A stretch of DNA of 47,323 bases from Eubacteriales bacterium (GTDB lineage: Bacteria > Bacillota > Clostridia > Oscillospirales > CAG-272): NCBI GenBank assembly GCA_045612465.1, contig JAZKZC010000092.1, forward strand, positions 1 to 47,323, in the 5' to 3' direction. Shown here one piece after another: positions 10,001 to 16,642 of this stretch. Within the stretch, counting starts at the first letter, position 1. Each line of letters opens with the position of its first letter. The notes under the pieces are model-generated. The model ran no database searches, was not told the DNA's origin, and worked only from the letters and a program-made list of their open reading frames with translations. The position numbers and the translations under genes were made by a program.

Positions 10001-10081
10001 AAGCGAAACATATTCATATCCTAATCGAGTAAAATGAACCAACGCAGGTATTTTTACTCTTGAGTTTTCATTATGTGGCAT
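7049..10081 (-). CDS. hsdR: Type I restriction enzyme endonuclease/translocase subunit
   Basis: 1010 aa. It has an N-terminal PD-(D/E)xK-like motif (RPDIIP...FIEVKK), a Walker A (TQGSGKT) and a DEAH box (FMDEAHRS). Confidence 0.95.
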   Translation of the reverse strand: MPHNENSRVKIPALVHFTRLGYEYVSLKKYANTNLIDEDTNIFLDVFCRAINDINGCNISIDDARGIVNELKIVLDNDDLGRVFYSYLINGYKGLKLIDFNGNNIYNVVTELTYKNGSDEFRPDIIPLINGMPLSFIEVKKPNNKDGIQAEYKRINTRFQNKKFRRFVNITQVMVFSNNSEYDDNEVVPLDGAFYASSSYEKLFFSHFREEDKSIFSRICEVDETKEKAILFDTNLTSIKGSPEYLTNSNPESPTNRIITSLFSKERVLTILKYAIAYVERTDDNGITHLEKHIMRYPQLFATKAIERHLNSGKRNGIIWHTQGSGKTALTFFNVRYLTDYYQKQGVIPKFYFIVDRLDLLTQAATEFRNRGLHVEEVNSKEDFIKNISATTSTENTGKLTITVVNIQKFSKESIAKKSDYAIDVQRVYFMDEAHRSYNPTGSFLGNLIESDRKAVMIALTGTPLIGVIYDDEGRPIGGKKYDSKQIFGEYIHKYYYNASISDGYTLKLIREGIATTYRERLQSALAEIKTLQGSISKKDMYAHPKYVSELVKYIVNDFTKSRVAMNDATIGGMIVCDTSDQAKVVFDELKKTSYTCALILHDVDDKETRRGYITDFKKGTIDFLVVFNMLLTGFDAPRLKKLYLGRVIKDHSLLQALTRVNRPYKKFRYGYVVDFADIRAEFDKTNKAYFAELQAELGDAFQQYNNIFKSQEDIEKDLIAIKETLFLYNTDNAEVFSQQISAIDEKAELIEIRHALELYKELFNISKLFGYDDISDKFDLDKVGALYNEVNNRIALVNQKQVLANAEDMTAILNLAMEQIEFQFRKVSESELVIANKFRDTLVKTQQAVAHTLDPKDPEYITLLEELQRVLRKKNIEELTADEMNENMAELERIRAAAERKRREDQMLADKYEGDVKFMRTHKRLRENPPPITTDYVLNQILLNLKHNVDSKVIANQHLLDNESYFTRDLFPMIKQELDGHGVKYTASQVKYIGACVSNEYFTERNFAS

Positions 10082-10156
10082 ATGAATCTCCTTATAGGTA
10101 TTATTACAGTACTCGTTAGTATCAACGATTAATAATGACAGAAAAAATCACAAAAA

Positions 10157-12004
10157 TTACCATGCGTACATTTTAAGAAGTGTTTCCACAATCTTATCCG
10201 TTCTTGCGGTTATTTTGTCGACAGTCCATTCTGTTTCGGTTACTACATCCTCATTGAGAAAAAGACCATTTTTGTAACCAATATTCTTAGATTTATCTTT
10301 TGATTGTCTGTCCTTTTTATGTTCAAAAGACATGTTGGAAAGATTCTGATTGTAGCCGGTAATTGTTAAATTACCAAGGGTATGTACATAATCAGCTCTG
10401 ATTTGAATTGCCTTAGCTTTGTCGCCGTTTGCAATCATATCAACCCATTCTTTCGGGATATTTTCTCCTTCGGGAAATATGTGTTCAATTGTCCAAACAT
10501 ATTTATTGCTTGTGTCTCTGGACCACAAATCAGAATATATTTCCTTGGTTTGATGTTGTGCTTCGACATTACAGAGAACAAATCGCGTTGCTTCGGGATT
10601 TTCATCGTAAATCGGACCACGGAGTTTTTCCTCAAAGGTTTCATCCGTTGCCGAAACAGCTTTAAGCATCTCTTTAATAGTTCCTGCGATTTCATTTCCG
10701 CTTTCCGATTTGATTTTTGCAATAATATCAATAAATAATTGAGTGAGTTTGCGGGTGTTCGGAACGTCGGTTAGGTTTCTTCTTACAAAGAAAATGATTA
10801 GAGTATCCACTATGGCTTTGATATTTTCATCCGAAAGAGACAGAGTTTCTTGGTTAGTTAACAAATACATCAACAACAAGTAAGAAGGAGCGCCTGAAAT
10901 CCTCGCTAAATTCTGTAAACTTGTTGTATACACGAATTCGTCTTCAGTGTTATTGACGATAACGGCATATTTGTTTGCTTTTTCAGAAAGATTCTCTAAA
11001 AGAGCTTGATAGTCACTTTTGATCATCTTCTCATAAATATCGATTAAAGTTGTTCTTGTCGCCAAATAGCCAAGATAGTACTTCTTTTCTGTTGATTTAT
11101 AGGGTGCATTGAGTTCATCCCTAAATGCATTATAGAATTGTCTAAAGAAACGTTCCTGAACAGAATATTCATCTTGTCCTACAGCTTTCAAAATCTGTTT
11201 CCATTGTTCATATGCATTATCCGCATCGGCAGAATTTTCTGCCTGTGCAATAAGAGAATTCTTAATTAAGTCAAGAGCAGAAAGAGGAACACCTCTATGG
11301 TTAAGTGATTCGAAAAGCATGTAAGCGTCTTTATTCGTATCTACTTCAATTCCCACTAATACTGCCGATTCAAACTTTCTGACAATTTGGAATAACGCTC
11401 CTACATCGGTAATGTTTGGATTGTCATTTTTGATTTCTTGCACTTCATCTGATATCAGTTTTAGAAAATGGCGATACGCTTTAGCAATCCTTCTGTTGCC
11501 AAAGTTCGATGGTTTCGTATGTTTAACGGTTATAATTCCGTTATCTGAAAGAATATAAGTATAGTCCTCGTCGTTTGAGTTTTGTTTTTGCAACAGAAGT
11601 CTTTGATTGTATTCGGTAACTTTTCCACCAGTAGCGGTAAACTTTTGCTTTTTATTAGCAAGCTCGTTTCGTAAGTTGGAAAGCTCACTTGAATCATCTT
11701 CGTCCATTTCAGTTTTGTGCTTGGAAAGTTCAGCATAAAGCGCCGCTAACAATAATGTTATTGTTGAAAAACGTTGCTGTCCGTCGATAACCTCTAAAAT
11801 AGTTCCTTTAAGAGAGCCGCTGTTCACACAAATATAAGAACCCAAAAAGTAACCAAAATCATTTTCAGTAACATCATTGAACAACGCATCCCATTCTTTG
11901 ATGCCCCAAGTATATTCACGTTGATACTTTGGAATTTTATATATCTTATCGCTGGTTATAGAAAACACATCAGCAATTGTTGTTTGCGATACAGTTTTTA
12001 TCAT
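10157..12004 (-). CDS. DUF262 plus DUF1524 protein (GmrSD-like, putative type IV modification-dependent restriction enzyme)
   Basis: 615 aa. The N-terminal DGQQR motif (EVIDGQQRFSTITLLL) marks DUF262. The C-terminal EHIFP...HTLGNLTITGYNQNLSN is the His-Me-like DUF1524 motif. Confidence 0.85.
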   Translation of the reverse strand: MIKTVSQTTIADVFSITSDKIYKIPKYQREYTWGIKEWDALFNDVTENDFGYFLGSYICVNSGSLKGTILEVIDGQQRFSTITLLLAALYAELSKHKTEMDEDDSSELSNLRNELANKKQKFTATGGKVTEYNQRLLLQKQNSNDEDYTYILSDNGIITVKHTKPSNFGNRRIAKAYRHFLKLISDEVQEIKNDNPNITDVGALFQIVRKFESAVLVGIEVDTNKDAYMLFESLNHRGVPLSALDLIKNSLIAQAENSADADNAYEQWKQILKAVGQDEYSVQERFFRQFYNAFRDELNAPYKSTEKKYYLGYLATRTTLIDIYEKMIKSDYQALLENLSEKANKYAVIVNNTEDEFVYTTSLQNLARISGAPSYLLLMYLLTNQETLSLSDENIKAIVDTLIIFFVRRNLTDVPNTRKLTQLFIDIIAKIKSESGNEIAGTIKEMLKAVSATDETFEEKLRGPIYDENPEATRFVLCNVEAQHQTKEIYSDLWSRDTSNKYVWTIEHIFPEGENIPKEWVDMIANGDKAKAIQIRADYVHTLGNLTITGYNQNLSNMSFEHKKDRQSKDKSKNIGYKNGLFLNEDVVTETEWTVDKITARTDKIVETLLKMYAW

Positions 12005-12056
12005 TTTAGTACCTCATCGTTATTTTAATCTTGTCTATCAATTCGTATTAGATATA

Positions 12057-12473
12057 TTATCCTTCATTCCGCTGCTTATAAATCTCCTTCAGATCCTCGA
12101 TTGCCACTTCAGGGGCGAGGGTATGGAAGATGAGCCAATTTCGGCTCATGGTCTCGGCAGGAGCTTGTTTGTAGATTTCTTTACTGTCTTCTCCGGTATT
12201 GAAGTGCCAGAAACGGTAGAGGTAACCTGCCCAATAGAGCACTTCTTTATCGTACACGGAGCCGCTTGTTGTTAACTCTGCGTTATCGGCAATCTCTGCG
12301 AGGAGATATTCTTCACCTGCCCACTGTAAGCGGTTGAACTTGGAGTCAAGTCCTTTGGCGACATCGCTTGTCATAAACGCTTTGATAAATGGTGCGCTAT
12401 CGTATCCCTTAGCACCTGACAGCTCAAAAAGTCTGCCTTGTATATCACACATTTTTAGCTGGAGTTCGTTCAT
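12057..12473 (-). CDS. Hypothetical 138-aa protein, partner of the HTH::DUF3990 gene
   Basis: The ORF starts 12 nt downstream of the stop of the 12486-13349 gene on the same strand. I recognise no motif. Confidence 0.6.
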   Translation of the reverse strand: MNELQLKMCDIQGRLFELSGAKGYDSAPFIKAFMTSDVAKGLDSKFNRLQWAGEEYLLAEIADNAELTTSGSVYDKEVLYWAGYLYRFWHFNTGEDSKEIYKQAPAETMSRNWLIFHTLAPEVAIEDLKEIYKQRNEG

Positions 12474-12485
12474 TGTTATCTCCCT

Positions 12486-13349
12486 TTATTTTGCTTCATC
12501 CAATATCTCATCAAAGAACTTTCCTTCACGGCGGTAATTCTTGCAAATATCGTTTGCAAGTGTAATGCCTTTCTGACGGTTCGCTTCGCTTTCATCTTGA
12601 AGAAATCTGCGCTCGAGCATCGAGATAGGAATCTCTTTTTCAATTTTGATGGCTGCACAAGCCTTTTCGGTGGTCGCTACGTACTGTTTACCGAGTTTTA
12701 GTGCGGATAGGCTGTTTACCAGAGCTGCATCCGTGATGTTACCCATAAAGAAATTATCAAGCACGTAGAACATTCTGTCATTTGCAATGCTTCCGATTAC
12801 GAGATCCTTGCCGGCATCAATGTTGCTGTATTTATTATAAAATTCCGTATCCTTGATCTTATCCATTCTTACTCTGTGGAAGGCAACGAGCATTGCCCAA
12901 TCAAGATCGGCTTTGATCTCTACGGTATTGAGGGCGCGTACATCAACGGAAACGATATAAAACTTTGATTTTTCAAAGTCACAGATGAGCGTTAGGGGCT
13001 GTCCGGGATCGGTACCCATATAAAAGCCTCTACCGAAGTCACACATCTCACGACTCTTGGGGGCTATGTCGCCAATGATACCGGACTTTGAGCCGTGGTA
13101 AAGCAGAACGCGTCCTTCTTCAAGATTGATTGCCTCGGCTTCTGCCTTGATCTTATCAAGAATAGTCTGATATACGGAGATATTGTTTTCTTGACAGAAA
13201 TTATATAATTGCGTTTGCGCCATGCGGTTGGGGAGCGTTTTGCCGTTTTCCCAGCGGTTGATGGAAAGCGGAGTTGTGCCGAGGGCACTTGCAAACTGTT
13301 CCTGATTCATATTTGCCGCAGAGCGTATCGCTTTGATCAGTTCTTTCAT
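12486..13349 (-). CDS. XRE-family HTH fused to a DUF3990 domain
   Basis: 287 aa. The N-terminus MNQEQFASALGTTPLSINRWENGKTLP is an XRE HTH. It is followed by LLYHGSKSG...DFGRGFYMGT...VIGSIANDRMFYVLDNFFMGNITDAALVNSLSALKLGKQYV. This matches the DUF3990 pattern, including the conserved FY motif. Confidence 0.75.
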   Translation of the reverse strand: MKELIKAIRSAANMNQEQFASALGTTPLSINRWENGKTLPNRMAQTQLYNFCQENNISVYQTILDKIKAEAEAINLEEGRVLLYHGSKSGIIGDIAPKSREMCDFGRGFYMGTDPGQPLTLICDFEKSKFYIVSVDVRALNTVEIKADLDWAMLVAFHRVRMDKIKDTEFYNKYSNIDAGKDLVIGSIANDRMFYVLDNFFMGNITDAALVNSLSALKLGKQYVATTEKACAAIKIEKEIPISMLERRFLQDESEANRQKGITLANDICKNYRREGKFFDEILDEAK

Positions 13350-13357
13350 GATATACC

Positions 13358-13410
13358 ACCTATCATTTGTAGTCGAATACTATTATATACTATGATAGGT
13401 AATTTGTCAA
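13358..13410 (-). promoter_or_regulatory. Consensus sigma-A promoter with an overlapping 9-bp inverted repeat (putative operator)
   Basis: The minus strand reads TTGACA (13410-13405), a 17-nt spacer, then TATAAT (13387-13382). The inverted repeat ACCTATCAT (13358-13366) / ATGATAGGT (13392-13400) brackets the -10 element and the start region. Confidence 0.7.
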
Positions 13411-13488
13411 TTACATAAACCTATAATCGATGATGTTTTATAAAATAATGTAGAATTTGTGTATCTATGTGTGATTACAATGATATAA

Positions 13489-13525
13489 ATTGAAAAGAAA
13501 AACTTCGAGAGGGAAGCTCGAAGTT
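13489..13525 (-). terminator. Rho-independent terminator of the metallophosphoesterase gene
   Basis: Stem AACTTCGAG (13501-13509) / CTCGAAGTT (13517-13525), followed on the minus strand by a T-rich run. Confidence 0.65.
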
Positions 13526-13546
13526 TGATTCAAATGTTATTATATT

Positions 13547-14239
13547 TTACAGATCCTGATTGCTTTCGAAATTGTGTAACAGAAAATGCATTTTGTCGAT
13601 TCGTTTGTTGATATGCCAATGACCGCAATACCACGCCTTGTAGTCTGCCATTTCTTCGATTTTATCTAACCATTTTTCTGTGCTTGTATCGACTTCACTT
13701 TGGTCGATATTCGGAAGAAAACACTCAACAGGCTCGTATTTGAACGGGCAGGTGTGAGATAAAATAACGTCGAATTCTTTTTCTTTCACCTGTTGTTCAA
13801 CATACGATTTGATTTCTTCGGATGGTTGTTCATCCTCCCACCAACCGTGTCCGAAAGTCAGGCGAAAATGCTTGTCGACGCTGTATGCACCTCCTATGAC
13901 AAGGTGTTTTGTGCCTTCAATATCATAGATATCTCCGTCTTTGGCAAATAGTATATTTGGATATTCTTCCTCATACCAAACCACACCGCCATTCCATTCT
14001 TTCGTTTTGTATGTGGGGATAGTGCAAGGACGCATTTCGTGATTACCGTGTATGCAAAATATTGTCGGTTTCAATTTGGCAAATTCGGATTTTAACATTG
14101 CATCTTTCGCATTCCTGTAATAATTTGCACCAACATCGCCGAGAATTACCACAACGTCTTTTATTGTTAAATTGAATCTTTTGCAAAACCGTACGATTTC
14201 GAATTTAGAACCGTGTATGTCGCCTGTATAGTATACCAT
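13547..14239 (-). CDS. Calcineurin-like metallophosphoesterase
   Basis: 230 aa with the motifs GDIHG, LGDVGAN, HGNHE and GHWH. It has its own extended -10 promoter (TGGTATAAT on the minus strand near 14262) and its own terminator. Confidence 0.85.
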   Translation of the reverse strand: MVYYTGDIHGSKFEIVRFCKRFNLTIKDVVVILGDVGANYYRNAKDAMLKSEFAKLKPTIFCIHGNHEMRPCTIPTYKTKEWNGGVVWYEEEYPNILFAKDGDIYDIEGTKHLVIGGAYSVDKHFRLTFGHGWWEDEQPSEEIKSYVEQQVKEKEFDVILSHTCPFKYEPVECFLPNIDQSEVDTSTEKWLDKIEEMADYKAWYCGHWHINKRIDKMHFLLHNFESNQDL

Positions 14240-14292
14240 TTTATCACCTCTTTGAGTTAATTATACCATATTTTAATGAATAAATCTATGAG

Positions 14293-14682
14293 CTATTTAA
14301 AGTATTTATCCAGCAGTTTTCTATGCTTCTTGCTTTTCTTGATGATTTTGAAGGCGTAGTCGCAAGTGAAGTCGATGAGCCATTCGCGTGGGACGATCTC
14401 GAAGTTATGGGCTTTGGTGATTTGGAGCCAGCCGCGGTTGATCCATCGGCGGACGGATTCGTGCTCGTAGCCGAGGATGGTTTCCACTTCCTTTGGTGTG
14501 ATGACGTCAGGAAGGTCGTACCACTGATCGTCGAGCCACGGGCGAAAGTCTGCGGGGACCTGATGCGGGTAGAGGTAGTACTTATCGGGCTCACGTTTAC
14601 CTGGGTTATTTGAGGTAAAGGTGACGGGGATAAAATACTTTTCGGGGTGCTCGGTGCTGTCCTTTATTATGCATCGAGGTCT
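14293..14682 (-). pseudogene. Mobile-element-type small DNA-binding protein remnant; the open frame lacks a start codon for its first ~65 codons
   Basis: The frame is open from the stop at 14683-14685 down to 14293. The first ATG/GTG/TTG is the GTG at 14487 (the track ORF 14293-14487). The upstream in-frame sequence ...KYYLYPHQVPADFRPWLDDQWYDLPDVITPKEVETILGYEHESVRRWINRGWL looks coding. The segment is GC-rich, unlike its neighbours. Confidence 0.35.
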
Positions 14683-14840
14683 TCACGCAGGACAGTGTAA
14701 CGGCGGGTTTTCTTACCGCTGTCCTTGCAGGGGATAATTCCGTTTTGGAGCATCCAAGCGCACTTGCGTTTGCTGATATGTAAGATTTTGCAGACCTGTT
14801 CGGCGGAGAGTTTTTCGTCCTTCTTTGCTTTATTCGTCAT
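14667..14840 (-). CDS. Small HTH (excisionase-like) protein, 57 aa
   Basis: Below the track's size cut-off. Hand translation gives MTNKAKKDEKLSAEQVCKILHISKRKCAWMLQNGIIPCKDSGKKTRRYTVLREDLDA. Its start overlaps the end of the upstream 88-aa gene. Confidence 0.5.
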   Translation of the reverse strand: MTNKAKKDEKLSAEQVCKILHISKRKCAWMLQNGIIPCKDSGKKTRRYTVLREDLDA

Positions 14841-15096
14841 GGCTCATCCTCTCCCGCTGACGCCTCTGCCATGCGATTTCGTCGTCGGTGGTGGCGGCGA
14901 GGTAATCGATAAAGTCGGCTTTGCTGATCAGCCGCTTGCCTCGGTAAGCATATGCGATGAGCTTGCCCTCGTTGATCGCCGCGTGGATGGTGTTCTTGCT
15001 CACGTGGATCAGCCTTGACGCTTGGAGCGCGGTGATCACGTCAGGGCATTTGCGGAGTAGGTGCTCCAGCCCTTTTATCTTTTCTTCGGTTGTCAT
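14830..15096 (-). CDS. Excisionase-family HTH DNA-binding protein
   Basis: 88 aa. ITALQASRLIHVSKNTIHAAINEGKLIAYAYRGKRLISKADFIDYL matches the MerR/excisionase-type HTH pattern common in Firmicute integrative elements. Confidence 0.6.
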   Translation of the reverse strand: MTTEEKIKGLEHLLRKCPDVITALQASRLIHVSKNTIHAAINEGKLIAYAYRGKRLISKADFIDYLAATTDDEIAWQRRQRERMSHDE

Positions 15097-15256
15097 TTCG
15101 TGACTCCTTTCTGTTTTGTCAGCACAAAGGATACCACAAAGAAACGGAAAGTCCAGAGAGAATCGGGGAAGAATCCAATTATTTTATCTCTGCCTTTCAG
15201 TTTGCTACCACTTTTCCGAAATCACCCCTATTTTGTGCGTTTTTTGCTCTTTTCTC

Positions 15257-15286
15257 AAGGACGGACAAGGACGGCGAAGGACAAAA
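15257..15286. repeat. Three tandem 10-bp repeats (AAGGACGGAC / AAGGACGGCG / AAGGACAAAA)
   Basis: Read directly from the sequence. The copies have helical-turn periodicity and lie in the non-coding region between the HTH genes and the tRNA fragment. Confidence 0.7.
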
Positions 15287-15366
15287 AGAAACTGATTATA
15301 TGTCACACCCGAGAAAAACACCTTGGGGTTCGAATTGTGACGGCTTTTTGACACTTTTTCAACCTC

Positions 15367-15395
15367 TTGAAAAGTGTTTTGAACTGTGATATAAT
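15367..15395 (+). promoter_or_regulatory. Near-consensus sigma-A promoter with an extended -10
   Basis: TTGAAA (15367-15372), a 17-nt spacer ending in TG, then TATAAT (15390-15395). No ORF follows before the terminator at 15643-15684. Confidence 0.6.
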
Positions 15396-15593
15396 GTTTT
15401 TATAAGAACTTTGCGCTTTGCGGAACAAAAAAGTGACCGCCCGTCCCTTCGGCCTTGCAAAAGCCGTGCATTTTTCTCGGAAAGGGCAATAAAGCGGTCA
15501 CTAATCGGTTCAAATTTGCGGAAATTAGGGACAGTGAGGGACAGAAAGAGCCTGTGTGACAGCTGCTCGAAATCAGTTTTGAAACAATGCCAC

Positions 15594-15621
15594 GAGGGTT
15601 CAAATCCCTCCCTCTGCGCCA
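15594..15621 (+). other. Orphan tRNA 3' fragment (T-arm, 3' acceptor strand, discriminator and CCA); putative att-site remnant
   Basis: GAGGG-TTCAAAT-CCCTC, then CCTCTGC, G, CCA. The complementary 5' acceptor strand GCAGAGG is absent upstream, and no D-arm or anticodon arm can be drawn. The track ORF starting MAQREGFEPS on the opposite strand is the classic tRNA T-arm artefact. Confidence 0.7.
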
Positions 15622-15642
15622 AATGCGGCTATGTTCGCACCA

Positions 15643-15684
15643 ATACGCCGCAAAGTGAGGATACTTTGCGGCGTATCATTTTAT
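15643..15684 (+). terminator. Rho-independent terminator
   Basis: A perfect 14-bp stem, ATACGCCGCAAAGT (15643-15656) / ACTTTGCGGCGTAT (15663-15676), followed by a T-rich tail. Confidence 0.8.
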
Positions 15685-15856
15685 GTGCGTATATATGAAT
15701 GAGCCCATTGAACAATCCTGCACAGCATTTAGAAGCGCCATAGATCAAACGAAAAACTATGATATATAAGTATCATATGTAAAGGAGACAATATATACAA
15801 ATAAAATTATTGTATACACAATAATATATGATATAAATCGTAATGGAGAATGAGCG

Positions 15857-16462
15857 ATGAAAATATACGATATTTCCCAAGAAGTTTTTGGATGCAAGGT
15901 ATATCCGGGTGATCCCGCACCTGAAAAAACGGTACTTAATTCGATGAAAGACGGTGGGTTGTATAATCTGACGGCGTTCGGTATGTGCGCTCACAACGGT
16001 ACGCATATTGATGCTCCGTTTCATTTTATCAACGACGGGAAAACTGTTGGTGATATATGTCTTGAAGCGTTTATCGGAATGGCTTACGTGGCAGAACACG
16101 AGGGCATCGTTTCGGGTGATGATGCGGAGAGAATAATCAAAAAAGCAAAAGAGAACAGTGCGGAGTCCTCAAAAAGAATTCTTATAAAAGGAAAAGCAGA
16201 GGTTTCTTCCGATGCCGCAAAGGTATTTGCATCGGCGGGGATATTGCTTTTCGGAAATGAATCCCAGACGGTAGGGCCTGAAAATGCACCGATGGAGGTA
16301 CACAAAATACTGCTGGGCGCGGATGTCGTTTTGCTTGAGGGAATTCGTTTGGCAAATGTGGATGCGGGTGTGTATCTTTTGAATGCCGCACCGCTGAACT
16401 TATCGGGTGCTGACGGCTCCCCGTGCAGAGCTGTGTTAATAGATACCGAAGAAACATCTTAA
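15857..16462 (+). CDS. Cyclase-family protein (kynurenine formamidase-like)
   Basis: 201 aa with the HxGTHxDAPxH motif (HNGTHIDAPFHF). Confidence 0.8.
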   Translation: MKIYDISQEVFGCKVYPGDPAPEKTVLNSMKDGGLYNLTAFGMCAHNGTHIDAPFHFINDGKTVGDICLEAFIGMAYVAEHEGIVSGDDAERIIKKAKENSAESSKRILIKGKAEVSSDAAKVFASAGILLFGNESQTVGPENAPMEVHKILLGADVVLLEGIRLANVDAGVYLLNAAPLNLSGADGSPCRAVLIDTEETS

Positions 16463-16533
16463 TTGATAAACAGACAGAGGGCGACCGTATAGGTCACCCT
16501 CTCAGACCGCCGACTTTACCTTTGTCAGCGGTC

Positions 16534-16566
16534 AATGCCGTGTATCAAACACGGCATTTTGTTTTT
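16534..16566 (+). terminator. Rho-independent terminator
   Basis: Stem AATGCCGTGT / ACACGGCATT followed by TTTGTTTTT. Confidence 0.75.
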
Positions 16567-16590
16567 GAAAAAGTATGATAAGCGAAGAAT

Positions 16591-16630
16591 TCAAAAGCAA
16601 GCGGGCATAGAGCGCTCCGCTTGCTTTTGA
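16591..16630 (-). terminator. Hairpin downstream of the adhesin gene
   Basis: A 14-bp stem, TCAAAAGCAAGCGG / CCGCTTGCTTTTGA, lies 12 nt beyond the stop at 16643. Confidence 0.5.
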
Positions 16631-16642
16631 ATTTAATGTTGT

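Noticed and set aside
14286-14613. 102-aa minus-strand and 96-aa plus-strand ORFs in the GC-rich segment
   Set aside because: They are alternative frames and strands of the HTH-remnant frame. Their Ser/Thr/Pro-rich low-complexity translations are typical of off-frame reading in GC-rich DNA.
15400-15621. Possible tmRNA or complete class II tRNA ending at the CCA
   Set aside because: The 5' acceptor complement (GCAGAGG) is absent, and no D-arm or anticodon arm can be drawn. The 3' end does not match the tmRNA alanine-type acceptor (…CCACCA with discriminator A). The segment is also too short for tmRNA.
15359-15622. 87-aa minus-strand ORF beginning MAQREGFEPS
   Set aside because: The GFEP peptide is the standard reverse-strand translation of a tRNA T-arm (GGTTCAAATCC). 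The rest is low-complexity intergenic sequence. I treat it as an artefact of the tRNA fragment.
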